DNA of 32,000 bases, taken from positions 870,001-902,000 of the forward strand of contig NC_002677.1 in NCBI RefSeq assembly GCF_000195855.1, read 5' to 3'. Shown piece after piece: positions 1-9,545 of the stretch (position 1 is the first letter of the stretch; each line of letters opens with the position of its first letter). Under the pieces are notes generated by a model that worked only from the letters and a program-made list of their open reading frames with translations, was not told the DNA's origin and made no database searches. This stretch comes from Mycobacterium leprae TN (lineage in GTDB: Bacteria > Actinomycetota > Actinomycetes > Mycobacteriales > Mycobacteriaceae). A program made the position numbers and the translations under genes.

Positions 1-27
1 GGCGCGGGTATTCTCACGGAATGGCTA

Positions 28-918
28 TCAGACAGGTACGGCTCCGGGGCTTTCGCCTGCAGTGATCGGCACTCGTACGGTGTTCCCCCACTCGGTCCAC
101 GAGCCGTCATAGTTACGCACTCCCGGTTTGCCCAGCAGATGGGTGAGTACGAACCAAGTGTGGCTGGATCGCTCGCCGATGCGGCAATATACGATGGTTT
201 TATCGTTTGGGGTGATGAAGTCATAGAGCCGTTCCAATTCTTCGCTGCTGCGGAATCGACCGCTTTTGTCGACTGTCATTTCCCACGGGATCGACCTGGC
301 GGTGGGGATGTGGCCGGCTCGCAGCACACTTTCTTCGGGGGAGTCGGGCATTTCGGTGCATTTGCCGGTGTACTCGTCGAGGGATCGCACGTCGATCAGC
401 GGCTGAGTGCCGAGGATGGCCAACACGTCGTCTTTGAATGCGCGGATGGGTGCGTCGTTCCGGTTTACCACGGGATAGCTGGTCGATGTCTTATTCGGCA
501 CGGCCAGGCTGGTATCCCGGCGTTCGGCGAGCCATAGATCACGACCGCCGTTGAGCAGTCGCACGTCGGGATGGCCGAACAAGGTAAAGACCCACAGTGC
601 GTAGGCCGCCCACCAGTTGCTCTTGTCGCCGTAGATCACCACGGTGTCGTCGCGGGCGATGCCCTTGCGGTTCATCAAGTCGGCGAATTGCTCGCCAGTG
701 ATGTAGTCACGCACCTTCGGGTCATTGAGGTCGGTGTGCCAGTCGACCTTCACCGCGCCAGGAATATGTCCGACATCGTAGAGCAGTACGTTCTCGTCGG
801 ATTCGACTATAGCCAGACCGGGTTTGCCCAGATGGAAGTACAGCCAATCACCGGTTACTAGCCGTTCGGGGTGGGCGTAAGCCGACAGGGAAGGGCTTGG
901 ATCTGTGGGTAGCGGCAC
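28..918 (-). CDS. sseA: Thiosulfate sulfurtransferase (tandem rhodanese domains)
   Basis: 296-aa ORF with a GTG start. Two rhodanese-like halves with active-site loop CRIGERSS near the C-terminus. Sequence and length match my recollection of Mtb SseA (Rv3283, 297 aa), and the position next to maf/accE5/accD5 is syntenic. Confidence 0.9.
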   Translation of the reverse strand: MPLPTDPSPSLSAYAHPERLVTGDWLYFHLGKPGLAIVESDENVLLYDVGHIPGAVKVDWHTDLNDPKVRDYITGEQFADLMNRKGIARDDTVVIYGDKSNWWAAYALWVFTLFGHPDVRLLNGGRDLWLAERRDTSLAVPNKTSTSYPVVNRNDAPIRAFKDDVLAILGTQPLIDVRSLDEYTGKCTEMPDSPEESVLRAGHIPTARSIPWEMTVDKSGRFRSSEELERLYDFITPNDKTIVYCRIGERSSHTWFVLTHLLGKPGVRNYDGSWTEWGNTVRVPITAGESPGAVPV

Positions 919-1118
919 ACCTTAAAGCTTACTCATCCTGATGTTGTTGGTGATCATGCTTAGAGTCTGAAGCGCTGATGTCCATTGGGCTATGTCAGTC
1001 TGGTATCTCGGGTAGTCCGAGCAACCCATCGGCACACGGTTCACTAACCGTGGCCTGGGTACTAGCCGGAGGCAGTGCAGGTAACGCATCATGCTGCTGA
1101 GGTGCAACGGCTGAATTT

Positions 1119-1760
1119 CTAGATGACCGGATTGGCTGCCCACATTGCGGCAATAGACAACCCCGCACGGGACAGTAGCGACCGCGTCAAAGGCAGTCCG
1201 ATCCCTACAACGGTTGACGGATCGCCGTAGACCGCGTCGATGAACCAGCCACCTAGGCCGTCAAGCGTGAACCCTCCAGCGACTTGCAACGATTCGCCGC
1301 ATGCCAGGTAGGCTTCCAGGTCTTCAGCTGACGGATTTCCGAAACATATTGTGGTCATTGATGTTTCATCGACAGAATAAGTAGTTTCGTTGTTTAGTAA
1401 CCGGATAACGCAGTGACCGGTATAGAGTTGGCCGGCGCGCCCTGCCATCGACTGCCACTGTTGCCGTGCGTTGGCGACGGACTGCGGTTTGCCGTACAGT
1501 CGGCCATCGATGGAAAGTTGTGAATCACAGCTAATGACAACGCAATCGTCTGCGACTGCGTGGCTCAGAGCTGCCGCGACTTGGGTGGCTTTGGCTCGGG
1601 CGAGTGTGCTTACCACATCGCGCGGCGAAGTGTCTGACCCGAGGCCTGCGGTGACCAGATCTTCATCGACACCGGAAGCTGCGACCAGTGGATCAATGCC
1701 GGCTTGGCGAAGCACTTTGAGTCGACCGGCGGAAGCGGACCCGAGTACCAGCCGGGTCAT
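1119..1760 (-). CDS. maf: Maf-like nucleoside-triphosphate pyrophosphatase (Rv3282-like)
   Basis: N-terminus [22 protein letters not shown] is a typical Maf start. The ATG at 1760 forms an ATGA overlap with the accE5 stop (1757-1759). The longer ORF-track start at 1844 would run through accE5, so I do not use it. Confidence 0.85.
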   Translation of the reverse strand: MTRLVLGSASAGRLKVLRQAGIDPLVAASGVDEDLVTAGLGSDTSPRDVVSTLARAKATQVAAALSHAVADDCVVISCDSQLSIDGRLYGKPQSVANARQQWQSMAGRAGQLYTGHCVIRLLNNETTYSVDETSMTTICFGNPSAEDLEAYLACGESLQVAGGFTLDGLGGWFIDAVYGDPSTVVGIGLPLTRSLLSRAGLSIAAMWAANPVI

Positions 1761-2011
1761 CGGCGCATATGCGTCATCTCGTGAAGGGTGATGCGTTGCC
1801 AGCTGAAGACCGGGTACCGCAACTTGTCGACCGGCAGGCCCCATCGAGTGGGTTCGGGCTGCTTGACCTGCGATGCACCGCCGATGCTGCTCAGCACCAC
1901 GATTAGCGCGGCCAACTCCTGATCGGTGGGTTGTCCTTTGGTTATTTGAATATGTGGGTTTTGGGTCGTGGGCAATTTGTTCGTCTCACTCCCGTCGTTC
2001 GCTGCACTCAC
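1757..2011 (-). CDS. accE5: Acyl-CoA carboxylase epsilon subunit
   Basis: 84-aa ORF wedged between accD5 and maf with 4-nt overlaps at both ends (GTGA at 2008-2011, ATGA at 1757-1760). Its position equals Rv3281. Small Pro/Gln-rich peptide of the kind found downstream of carboxyltransferase genes in actinobacteria. Confidence 0.7.
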   Translation of the reverse strand: MSAANDGSETNKLPTTQNPHIQITKGQPTDQELAALIVVLSSIGGASQVKQPEPTRWGLPVDKLRYPVFSWQRITLHEMTHMRR

Positions 2012-3657
2012 AGCGGAATGTTCCCGTGCTTCTTGGGGGGAAGGTGTGCGATCTTGCGCTCCAACAGGTGAAGCGCCGTGGCAATGTAGCCGCGAGTGTG
2101 TGACGGCGGGATCACCGCATCGACGTAACCTCGTTCGGCGGCGATGTACGGGTTCACCAGGGTGTCCTCGTACTCTTGCTGCAGCTGCAGGCGTAGCTCA
2201 TCAACATTGGCGCCGTTCTTGGCCGCTTGGGCCAGTTCCTTGCGGTACACGAAGCCTACTGCGCCGGAGGCACCCATCACCGCAATCTGTGCGGTCGGCC
2301 AAGCCAGGTTGACGTCGCAGCCCATATTTTTGGAGCCCATCACGCAGTAAGCGCCACCGTAGGCCTTGCGGGTGATGACGGTGATCTTGGGTACGGTGGC
2401 TTCGCCGTAGGCGAAGAGCAGCTTTGCGCCGCGTCGGATGATGCCATCATATTCTTGCTCGGTGCCAGGCAGGAAGCCTGGAACATCCACCAACATCACG
2501 ATCGGGATGTTGAAGCAGTCGCAGACCCGCACAAATCGGGCTGCCTTTTCCGAGGCGTTGATGTCTAGACAGCCGGCGAACTGGATGGGTTGGTTGGCAA
2601 CGATGCCCACCGGTCGGTCATCTATGCGTCCGAGCCCGACGACGATGTTGGTGGCGTAACCGGCTTGCACCTCAAGGAACTCTTCCTCGTCGAGGAGGCG
2701 GGTCACCACTTCGTGCATGTCGTACGGTTGGTTCGGCGAGTCCGGGATAAGCGTGTCCAACTCCAAGTCTTTAGCGGTCAGGTTGTCTTCAATGGAGCCG
2801 TGAGGAACGGGCTTAGAATACCGCGGCGCGTCGGTGAAGTTGTTTGACGGCAGGTAGCTCAACACATCGCGCACCCAATCGAAGGCGTCTTGCTCGCCCG
2901 ATGCTACATAGTGTGCGGTACCCGACTTGGCCATGTGGGTATGGGCGCCACCCAGCTCCTCCATGGTGACGTCCTCGCCGGTGACGGTCTTGATGACGTC
3001 GGGTCCGGTGATGAACATCTGGCTGGTTTGGTCGACCATAACCACGAAGTCGGTCAGTGCTGGGGAATACACGTGTCCACCGGCGGCCGCTCCCATGATC
3101 AGCGAGATCTGCGGGATGACGCCGGAGGCCAAGATATTGTTGCGGAAAATCCGGCTGTACAGGCCGAGCGAGACGACGCCTTCTTGGATACGCGCGCCCG
3201 CGCCGTCGTTGATGCCGATAAGCGGACGGCCGGTCTTGATCGCCAGTTCCTGGACCTTGACGATCTTCTCGCCATACACTTCGCCCAGGCTGCCGCCGAA
3301 CACCGTGACGTCCTGGCTGAAGATGCATACGTCGCGGCCGTCGATGGTGCCGTAGCCGGTGACCACGCCATCGCCTACCGGGCGGTTTTCACCGAGGCCG
3401 AAGTTGGTGCTGCGGTGTCTGGCCAGTGCGTCGAGTTCGACGAATGAGTCGTCGTCCAATAGGGCGTAGATGCGCTCGCGGGCGGTAAACTTACCCTTAG
3501 CGTGTACCTTCTCGAAGGCAGCTGCACCGACCGGATGCAGCGCTTCTTCGGTCCGCTTATGCAGCTCGGCCAGCTTGCCTGCCGTGGTGTGGATATTGAT
3601 CGTGTGCTCGGCAGCGCGTTCCATTGAATGAGCCGAGTGGTCGGTAACGCTTGTCAT
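2008..3657 (-). CDS. accD5: Propionyl-/acetyl-CoA carboxylase carboxyltransferase beta subunit
   Basis: 549-aa ORF of the carboxyltransferase (crotonase-like double domain) family. Closely matches my recollection of Mtb AccD5 (Rv3280, 548 aa). Divergent from birA, as in Mtb. Confidence 0.95.
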   Translation of the reverse strand: MTSVTDHSAHSMERAAEHTINIHTTAGKLAELHKRTEEALHPVGAAAFEKVHAKGKFTARERIYALLDDDSFVELDALARHRSTNFGLGENRPVGDGVVTGYGTIDGRDVCIFSQDVTVFGGSLGEVYGEKIVKVQELAIKTGRPLIGINDGAGARIQEGVVSLGLYSRIFRNNILASGVIPQISLIMGAAAGGHVYSPALTDFVVMVDQTSQMFITGPDVIKTVTGEDVTMEELGGAHTHMAKSGTAHYVASGEQDAFDWVRDVLSYLPSNNFTDAPRYSKPVPHGSIEDNLTAKDLELDTLIPDSPNQPYDMHEVVTRLLDEEEFLEVQAGYATNIVVGLGRIDDRPVGIVANQPIQFAGCLDINASEKAARFVRVCDCFNIPIVMLVDVPGFLPGTEQEYDGIIRRGAKLLFAYGEATVPKITVITRKAYGGAYCVMGSKNMGCDVNLAWPTAQIAVMGASGAVGFVYRKELAQAAKNGANVDELRLQLQQEYEDTLVNPYIAAERGYVDAVIPPSHTRGYIATALHLLERKIAHLPPKKHGNIPL

Positions 3658-3719
3658 GGGAGTCGATGTTATCGGCAGCTGCTGTGGTGGTGGTTACGCT
3701 GGGTTTGCGAGGAGATGAG

Positions 3720-4544
3720 TTGGGTAGTGATCTACTCAAGCCGCCGCTGGATCCAGCGGCACTGCGTGCTGAGCTGATTGGGACGGGGCTCCGGTGGCGT
3801 CAACTGGACGTCGTCACGCAAACCGGTTCCACGAACGCTGACCTGTTGGCGCGGGCAGCGTCAGGCATCGACATCGACGGAGCGGTGCTTATTGCCGAGC
3901 ACCAGACCGCTGGCCGCGGGCGTCACGGCCGCGGCTGGTCGGCTAGCCCTCGCACACAAATCACGATGTCGATCGGTGTGAGTATCGCTGACGTTCCGGT
4001 TGCCACGTGGGCCTGGTTGTCGCTGGCCACTGGGGTAGCGGTGCTGGACACGGTGGCCCCGTTGATTGACGTGACCGGCGTTGACGCCGGCCTCAAGTGG
4101 CCCAACGATGTTCTGGCCGGTCCACCAGGCTCCAAAGGTAAACTCGCGGGCATCCTGGCTGAGGTTGTGCGACCAGTCATCGTCGTCGGTGTGGGACTTA
4201 ACGTCACGCAGGCCCCAAAAGAGGTCGACGGTCCTGGGGCTACCTCGTTGCTTGACCTTGGCGTGCCGGCACCCGATCGGGAGCAGCTGGTGTGCTGGCT
4301 GTTGCGAGAACTCGATGCGCGGGTTGGCCAGTGGCGAAGCGCCGACCCACAGTTGATGGCCGATTATCGGGCGCGTAGCCCGATAATCGGGTCACGTGTG
4401 CGTGCGGAGCTCCCCGGCGGCAAAGACGTGGTCGGAACCGTGCGCGGCATCGATGACCAGGGAAGGTTGTGCTTGAAAACAGAAGGGCCTACCAAAGGAC
4501 AAACCGTCGTGATTTCGGCTGGTGACGTGGTGCATTTGCGCTAG
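3720..4544 (+). CDS. birA: Biotin--[acetyl-CoA-carboxylase] ligase (group I, no HTH domain)
   Basis: Biotin-binding signature GRGRHGRGW, KWPND motif and C-terminal SH3-like tail ending VVHLR. The start is uncertain. TTG at 3720 aligns best with the Mtb BirA N-terminus (..LRPPLD..). ATG 3666 or TTG 3651 are possible but would overlap the accD5 start. Confidence 0.9.
   Translation: MGSDLLKPPLDPAALRAELIGTGLRWRQLDVVTQTGSTNADLLARAASGIDIDGAVLIAEHQTAGRGRHGRGWSASPRTQITMSIGVSIADVPVATWAWLSLATGVAVLDTVAPLIDVTGVDAGLKWPNDVLAGPPGSKGKLAGILAEVVRPVIVVGVGLNVTQAPKEVDGPGATSLLDLGVPAPDREQLVCWLLRELDARVGQWRSADPQLMADYRARSPIIGSRVRAELPGGKDVVGTVRGIDDQGRLCLKTEGPTKGQTVVISAGDVVHLR
4360..4390. repeat. Perfect 13-bp-stem / 5-nt-loop inverted repeat inside birA
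   Basis: Read directly: ccgattatcgggc (4360-4372), gcgta loop, gcccgataatcgg (4378-4390). It covers birA codons ADYRARSPIIG. Confidence 0.95.
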
Positions 4545-4577
4545 TTTCATCCGGGGCGCCGCTTGCGTTGGGATAGG

Positions 4578-4617
4578 CGTTTTGCAGGTATTCTCTATAG
4601 ATTTTCTTTGCAAAACG
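4578..4617 (+). terminator. Intergenic stem-loop (9-bp stem, 22-nt AT-rich loop) between birA and the next gene; terminator or regulatory hairpin candidate
   Basis: cgttttgca (4578-4586) pairs with tgcaaaacg (4609-4617). Lies 34 nt after the birA stop and 60 nt before the ATG at 4677. No U-tract follows. Confidence 0.3.
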
Positions 4618-4676
4618 TCAATCTCGACGATTCCACCTCAGACGAACTTGTGACCAAGCCCGCTAATGTCGCGGCT

Positions 4677-5195
4677 ATGAGGTATCCGGGTAATACCTTG
4701 GTTGCTGGCGAGCAGGTGGTTTTGCATCGCCATCCGCACTGGAAGCGTTTGATTTGGCCTGCTGTGGTACTTATCTTGGCGACCGGGCTGGTCTCGTTTG
4801 GTTCCGGGTATGTTAACTCGACGCACTGGGCGCAGGTCGCCAAGAACGTGATCTACGGTGTCCTCTGGGGCGTCTGGCTGGTGATCGTCGGTTGGCTCAC
4901 GTTGTGGCCGTTCCTTAATTGGCTCACCACACATTTCGTCGTAACTAACCGGAGGGTGATGTTTCGGCAAGGGACGCTAACCCGCAGCGGGGTCGACATT
5001 CCTTTGGCGCGCATCAACAGCGTAGAGTTCCGCGACCGGCTTTTCGAGCGAATGTTCCGCACCGGAACACTGATTATCGAATCCGCGTCACAAGATCCAG
5101 TGGAATTCTACAACATTCCGCGCCTGCGCCAGATGTACGCGTTGTTGTATCACGAGGTTTTCGACACCCTTGGCTCCGAAGAGTCGCCCAGCTGA
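4677..5195 (+). CDS. Membrane protein with bacterial PH (bPH_2/YdbS-like) domain, Rv3278c-like
   Basis: Starting at ATG 4677 gives 172 aa, the length I recall for Rv3278c. Two predicted TM helices (LIWPAVVLILATGLV, VLWGVWLVIVGWL) are followed by the FVVTNRRV...INSVEF PH-like module. The ORF-track start at 4563 is probably too long. Confidence 0.75.
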   Translation: MRYPGNTLVAGEQVVLHRHPHWKRLIWPAVVLILATGLVSFGSGYVNSTHWAQVAKNVIYGVLWGVWLVIVGWLTLWPFLNWLTTHFVVTNRRVMFRQGTLTRSGVDIPLARINSVEFRDRLFERMFRTGTLIIESASQDPVEFYNIPRLRQMYALLYHEVFDTLGSEESPS

Positions 5196-5836
5196 GACGC
5201 GGGACTCAAATCCAGGCGGCGGGAGCGATTGCGCCAGGCACGCAACAGGGCATCGCCGAAGTCTTCGAAGACGCCATCGATGGCGTCTTCGAAGACTTCG
5301 GCGATGCCGCCCGCAGTGAGGGCAGATTCCAGCGTCTTTTCGGGGTTGCGGGCGAACGCGTCGGGAAACACCCAGCGCCGGAATGCCCAGAAACGAAACG
5401 CCATCTGTAGCAGATTGCCGATGATGTAGGCTGATAGGAAGTCGGCGAGGTTTTCAACGGTTAGTGACACCGTGGGCGCGCGCAGTTGCAGGACATAGCT
5501 CGAGAACCACAGCGGTGCCATGCTTAGCAGCACCCCTATGCCACTGAAGGCGAAAAACAGCAGCGCCTCATTATGGCGCTCGCGGCCGCCACGGTCCCGA
5601 AAGCTCCATTCCCTGTTTAACACGTAGGATGCGATAACAGCGACGATGCCGGCGACGACCTTGGCGGTCACCGGTTTGGGCTCGAGAATCGTCAGTTTGA
5701 GGGTGTAGAAAATTGCTGAATCAATGATGAATGTGGTGCCGCCGACGATGGCAAATTTAATGAGTTCGTGGTAGCGCTGCGCATACGGCTGCAGTACTGT
5801 GGGCAAGCGCGTGATCGTGGCATCGGGAAAAGACAC
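5150..5836 (-). CDS. GtrA-family integral membrane protein (Rv3277-like)
   Basis: 228-aa ORF with a GTG start. GtrA-like N-terminus KFAIVGGTTFIIDSAIFY and four hydrophobic segments. Its 3' end overlaps the convergent gene by 46 nt (5150-5195). The C-terminal tail contains the 60-bp palindrome. Confidence 0.8.
   Translation of the reverse strand: MSFPDATITRLPTVLQPYAQRYHELIKFAIVGGTTFIIDSAIFYTLKLTILEPKPVTAKVVAGIVAVIASYVLNREWSFRDRGGRERHNEALLFFAFSGIGVLLSMAPLWFSSYVLQLRAPTVSLTVENLADFLSAYIIGNLLQMAFRFWAFRRWVFPDAFARNPEKTLESALTAGGIAEVFEDAIDGVFEDFGDALLRAWRNRSRRLDLSPASQLGDSSEPRVSKTS
5249..5308. repeat. Perfect 60-bp palindrome (30-bp arms, no spacer) with nested 12-bp palindromes
   Basis: All 30 pairs were checked base by base around the centre atc|gat (5278/5279). 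Structure: ggcatcgccgaa-gtcttcgaagac-gccatcgatggc-gtcttcgaagac-ttcggcgatgcc. It encodes GIAEVFEDAIDGVFEDFGDA identically on both strands. Confidence 0.97.
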
Positions 5837-5923
5837 AACACGTCAGTGTACGGATTGACGTAAAATGCTACCTAACGGTTGGGTATTACTACGGGTCAAT
5901 ATGCTCTCTGTCGCCATGACACC

Positions 5924-7243
5924 ATGATGGCTGTGCCGAGTAGATGCTCGCTTGGAGTTGCTCCATTGGTTGCCATGGTCGGTGGCGGTCAACTGGCTCG
6001 GATGACCCATCAAGCCGCGATCGCGCTGGGGCAGACCCTGCGGGTGTTAGCTACCGCTGCAGACGAACCCGCTGCTCAGGTCACCCCCGATGTGGTGATC
6101 GGCTCGCACACTGATCTTGAAGACCTGCGCCGCGTTGCCCTCGGAGCCGATGCGTTGACGTTCGATCACGAACACGTCCCGACTGAACTGCTGGACAAAC
6201 TGGTGGCCGAAGGCATCAATGTGGCACCGTCGCCGCAAGCTCTGGTGCACGCCCAGGACAAGCTGGTCATGCGGCGGCGATTGGCGGCGCTGGGAGCTGC
6301 GATGCCTCGCTTCATGGCATTAGACAGTGTGGACGACTTGGCCGAAATCGATGCGTTCGCGCAGCGCCTTACGGGTTCGAAAGATGCCCCGATGGTGGTC
6401 AAGGCGGTCCGCGGGGGTTATGACGGCCGGGGGGTGCAGATGGTCCGCGACTCGGCACACGCCCGCGAGGTCGCCTCCGGATATCTAGTCGACGGAATGC
6501 CGGTCCTGGTTGAGGAGCGAGTGGAACTGCGTCGCGAATTGTCCGCGCTGGTAGCGCGCTCGCCGTTCGGCCAGGGTGCAGCCTGGCCAGTCGTGGAGAC
6601 GGTGCAACGGGACGGGATTTGCGTTTTGGTGGTCGCACCGGCGTTGGCGTTGGCCGACGACCTGGCCTCGGCTGCGCAGCAGCTGGCGTTGCGATTGGCC
6701 GCTGAACTCGGCGTCGTCGGTGTGTTCGCGGTCGAGTTGTTCGAAACCGCCGACGGTGCTTTGCTGGTGAACGAGCTCGCAATGCGGCCGCACAACTCCG
6801 GACACTGGACAATGGACGGTGCTCGCACCAGCCAGTTCGAGCAGCATCTCCGTGCGGTGCTAGACTATCCCCTCGGCGAGACCGACGCCGTCGCGCCGGT
6901 GACCGTGATGGTTAACGTGCTAGGCGCCCCACAACCGCCGACGCTGAGTGTAGTGACTATGGATGAACGGCTACACCACCTGTTTGCGCGGATGCCCGAT
7001 GCTCGGGTTCATCTTTACGACAAGGTTGAGCGTCCTGGTCGCAAGGTTGGGCACATCAATTTTCGCGGCACCGATAAAGACCGAAAAAACCCCACTAAGC
7101 TGCGTGAACGCGCTGAGTTGGCAGCGCATTGGCTATCACACGGGCAGTGGACGGATGGATGGGATCCACACCGTGCCGGCGACGATGTAGTGGAGATATC
7201 TCTCGCTTGCGGAGGACGAAACGATGCGCAGAGGCAGCGCTGA
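5924..7243 (+). CDS. purK: N5-carboxyaminoimidazole ribonucleotide synthase (ATP-grasp)
   Basis: N-terminus MMAV...[12 protein letters not shown] matches the Mtb PurK (Rv3276c) start. ATP-grasp core. The stop TGA (7241-7243) overlaps the purE ATG (TGATG). Confidence 0.9.
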   Translation: MMAVPSRCSLGVAPLVAMVGGGQLARMTHQAAIALGQTLRVLATAADEPAAQVTPDVVIGSHTDLEDLRRVALGADALTFDHEHVPTELLDKLVAEGINVAPSPQALVHAQDKLVMRRRLAALGAAMPRFMALDSVDDLAEIDAFAQRLTGSKDAPMVVKAVRGGYDGRGVQMVRDSAHAREVASGYLVDGMPVLVEERVELRRELSALVARSPFGQGAAWPVVETVQRDGICVLVVAPALALADDLASAAQQLALRLAAELGVVGVFAVELFETADGALLVNELAMRPHNSGHWTMDGARTSQFEQHLRAVLDYPLGETDAVAPVTVMVNVLGAPQPPTLSVVTMDERLHHLFARMPDARVHLYDKVERPGRKVGHINFRGTDKDRKNPTKLRERAELAAHWLSHGQWTDGWDPHRAGDDVVEISLACGGRNDAQRQR

Positions 7244-7758
7244 TGACCAGGCAGCCCCGAGTCGGGGTGATCATGGGCAGCGACAGCGACTGGTCGGTGA
7301 TGCAAGATGCGGCCCATGCACTGGCGGAGTTTGACATCCCGATCGAGGTTCGGGTGGTGTCGGCGCATCGCACCCCTGCTGAGATGTTCGACTATGCGCG
7401 CAATGCTGTCGACCGCAGCATCGCGGTGATCATTGCCGGCGCCGGCGGCGCAGCTCACCTGCCTGGAATGGTCGCTTCCGCGACTCCGCTGCCGGTGATC
7501 GGGGTGCCGGTGCCGCTGGCCAGGCTCGACGGCCTGGACTCGCTGCTGTCGATCGTGCAGATGCCAGCGGGAGTTCCGGTTGCCACAGTGTCTATCGGTG
7601 GTGCCCGCAACGCGGGTTTGTTGGCGGTGCGTATTTTGGGATCGTCGGACCTGCAGCTTCGAGCGCAGCTGGTCGCGTTCCAGGACCGGTTGGCCGATAC
7701 CGTGCGGGCCAAGGATGCGGATTTACAGCGGTTTCGAGGTAAGTTAATCGGCGACTAA
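7243..7758 (+). CDS. purE: N5-CAIR mutase
   Basis: [17 protein letters not shown] and [10 protein letters not shown] are PurE class I signatures. 171 aa. The ORF-track start at 7129 lies inside purK and is rejected. Confidence 0.95.
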   Translation: MTRQPRVGVIMGSDSDWSVMQDAAHALAEFDIPIEVRVVSAHRTPAEMFDYARNAVDRSIAVIIAGAGGAAHLPGMVASATPLPVIGVPVPLARLDGLDSLLSIVQMPAGVPVATVSIGGARNAGLLAVRILGSSDLQLRAQLVAFQDRLADTVRAKDADLQRFRGKLIGD

Positions 7759-7770
7759 TGTCTGACTCTC

Positions 7771-7790
7771 TCCCCGCACGCGGGTGGGGA
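7771..7790 (+). terminator. GC-rich hairpin downstream of purE (possible factor-independent terminator without U-tract)
   Basis: tccccgc (7771-7777) pairs with gtgggga (7784-7790), including one G-U pair, around a 6-nt loop. It starts 13 nt after the purE stop. Confidence 0.25.
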
Positions 7791-7852
7791 TGGTCCCACC
7801 GCAGACCGCAAGTAATCCGTCCGCATCATGGTCAGGTTAGAAGGAGGCAGTG

Positions 7853-9022
7853 ATGGTTGGGTGGTCCGGAAACCCATTGTTTGATCTATTCAAGCTGCCA
7901 GAAGAACACAACGAATTGCGGGCAACCATCCGCGCGTTGGCGGAAAAAGAGATCGCTCCGCATGCCGCTGATGTGGACCAGCGTGCTCGATTTCCCGAGG
8001 AAGCGCTGGCAGCCCTGAATGCATCAGGTTTCAACGCTATCCACGTTCCCGAGGAGTATGGTGGTCAGGGTGCGGATTCGGTAGCGGCTTGCATTGTGAT
8101 CGAAGAAGTGGCGCGTGTCGATGCTTCTGCATCGTTGATTCCTGCAGTTAACAAGCTTGGCACCATGGGACTCATCCTGCGCGGTTCGGAAGAGCTCAAG
8201 AAACAGGTTCTGCCATCGTTGGCTGCGGAGGGGGCGATGGCGTCCTATGCATTAAGTGAGCGCGAAGCCGGCAGTGACGCTGCGTCGATGCGGACCCGGG
8301 CCAAAGCTGACGGGGATGACTGGATTCTCAATGGCTTCAAGTGCTGGATTACCAACGGTGGCAAGTCGACCTGGTACACGGTTATGGCGGTGACCGATCC
8401 GGACAAGGGCGCCAACGGCATCTCGGCGTTCATCGTGCACAAGGACGATGAGGGATTCAGCATTGGCCCGAAAGAAAAGAAGCTCGGGATCAAGGGGTCA
8501 CCAACCACCGAACTCTACTTCGATAAATGTCGCATCCCCGGTGATCGCATCATTGGTGAGCCCGGTACTGGCTTTAAGACAGCGCTAGCCACGTTGGATC
8601 ACACGCGTCCCACGATTGGTGCCCAAGCCGTGGGCATTGCGCAGGGCGCGTTGGACGCTGCCATCGTTTATACCAAGGACCGCAAGCAATTCGGCGAGTC
8701 GATTAGCACTTTCCAGTCCATTCAGTTCATGCTCGCCGACATGGCGATGAAAGTGGAGGCTGCACGGTTAATTGTCTACGCTGCCGCTGCCCGTGCTGAA
8801 CGCGGTGAGCCGGATCTGGGCTTTATTTCAGCGGCGTCGAAATGCTTTGCTTCCGACATTGCGATGGAGGTCACCACCGACGCTGTGCAATTGTTTGGCG
8901 GCGCGGGCTACACTTCCGACTTCCCCGTCGAGCGGTTCATGCGCGACGCCAAGATCACACAGATCTATGAGGGGACCAATCAGATTCAGCGTGTGGTGAT
9001 GTCGCGGGCGCTGCTGCGCTGA
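7853..9022 (+). CDS. fadE25: Acyl-CoA dehydrogenase
   Basis: 389 aa from ATG 7853, which is preceded by aaggagg (7841-7847). ACAD fold with catalytic YEGT..IQ C-terminal motif. Matches my recollection of Mtb FadE25 (Rv3274c, 389 aa). Confidence 0.95.
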   Translation: MVGWSGNPLFDLFKLPEEHNELRATIRALAEKEIAPHAADVDQRARFPEEALAALNASGFNAIHVPEEYGGQGADSVAACIVIEEVARVDASASLIPAVNKLGTMGLILRGSEELKKQVLPSLAAEGAMASYALSEREAGSDAASMRTRAKADGDDWILNGFKCWITNGGKSTWYTVMAVTDPDKGANGISAFIVHKDDEGFSIGPKEKKLGIKGSPTTELYFDKCRIPGDRIIGEPGTGFKTALATLDHTRPTIGAQAVGIAQGALDAAIVYTKDRKQFGESISTFQSIQFMLADMAMKVEAARLIVYAAAARAERGEPDLGFISAASKCFASDIAMEVTTDAVQLFGGAGYTSDFPVERFMRDAKITQIYEGTNQIQRVVMSRALLR

Positions 9023-9113
9023 TCCGGGGTGCGTTGGGCCGGCGAAATCGCTTGCTCGACAAGCAGTCACCACTAGGGCGAACATGTGCAACCCTGTGGC
9101 GTCACAACCGGGG

Positions 9114-9545
9114 TTACCCATCGTTAGTCTTGAACTGCCGGCTAGCTTGTCCGATGCTGGCATGTGTCGCGCTGGCTGACCGGTTGGCCACGGGTTCTGA
9201 TAAAATAGTAAGACGGTACGGTACTGGGCTGTAGTGCTTGCACGGGTCTATGGTTAGCGGTGTAACCGCGATTCGGTCGTGTAGATCCCAGCCAACAGGT
9301 TCCCCCATACTACCTACCAGTACGATCCTGAAAGCCACGACAACGGTACCGATGATGACGTTGCTCAGGCTACCGCAGTCGCCCTGTGCCCAGTACTCTA
9401 CCAGTAGTACAAATACTGTAAAAGCACGGTTGACAACTCCGATCAGCATTCAGAACGTTGCGGGCGATGGTGATCGTTAACCGTAGCACTGCTTGCTTTG
9501 GGCGTGTCTTTCCCAGGATATCAGATGCCTCGTCCCACTGGTTAG
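9114..9545 (-). pseudogene. pstA2: Truncated remnant of a phosphate ABC permease gene (pstA2-like)
   Basis: Hydrophobic fragments in shifting frames. They include a degenerate permease loop (...ILGKTRPKQAVLRLTITIARNVLNAD, resembling LP.A.pGi.tG..LaiARa.GETA) that sits only about 30 codons after the pstC1 remnant ends. This implies a large N-terminal deletion. Position matches the Mtb order pstS1-pstC1-pstA2. Confidence 0.4.

Noticed and set aside
922-1143. 73-aa ORF in the sseA-maf spacer. A 7-bp hairpin lies at 1035-1052.
   Set aside because: It has no recognisable motif, an odd composition, and overlaps the maf 3' end. The hairpin stem is too short to call a terminator with any confidence.
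2813-3447. Long ORFs in alternative frames and on the opposite strand within accD5. Similar stacks occur at 6399-6847 opposite purK, 19169-20088 opposite ctpC, 23939-24461 around rmlD and 30793-31800 opposite fbiB.
   Set aside because: They are Arg/Pro/Ala/Ser-rich, low-complexity translations typical of shadow ORFs in GC-rich coding DNA. Each lies entirely inside a gene with strong motif and synteny support.
7762-7800. The sequence ctctccccgcacgcgggtggggatggtcccac between purE and fadE25 resembles a type I-E CRISPR repeat (CCCCGC...GCGGGG...ATGG..CC).
   Set aside because: It is present as a single copy, with no second repeat, spacer periodicity or cas genes anywhere in the window. The stem is also imperfect for a I-E repeat. 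It is more simply a GC-rich hairpin after purE.
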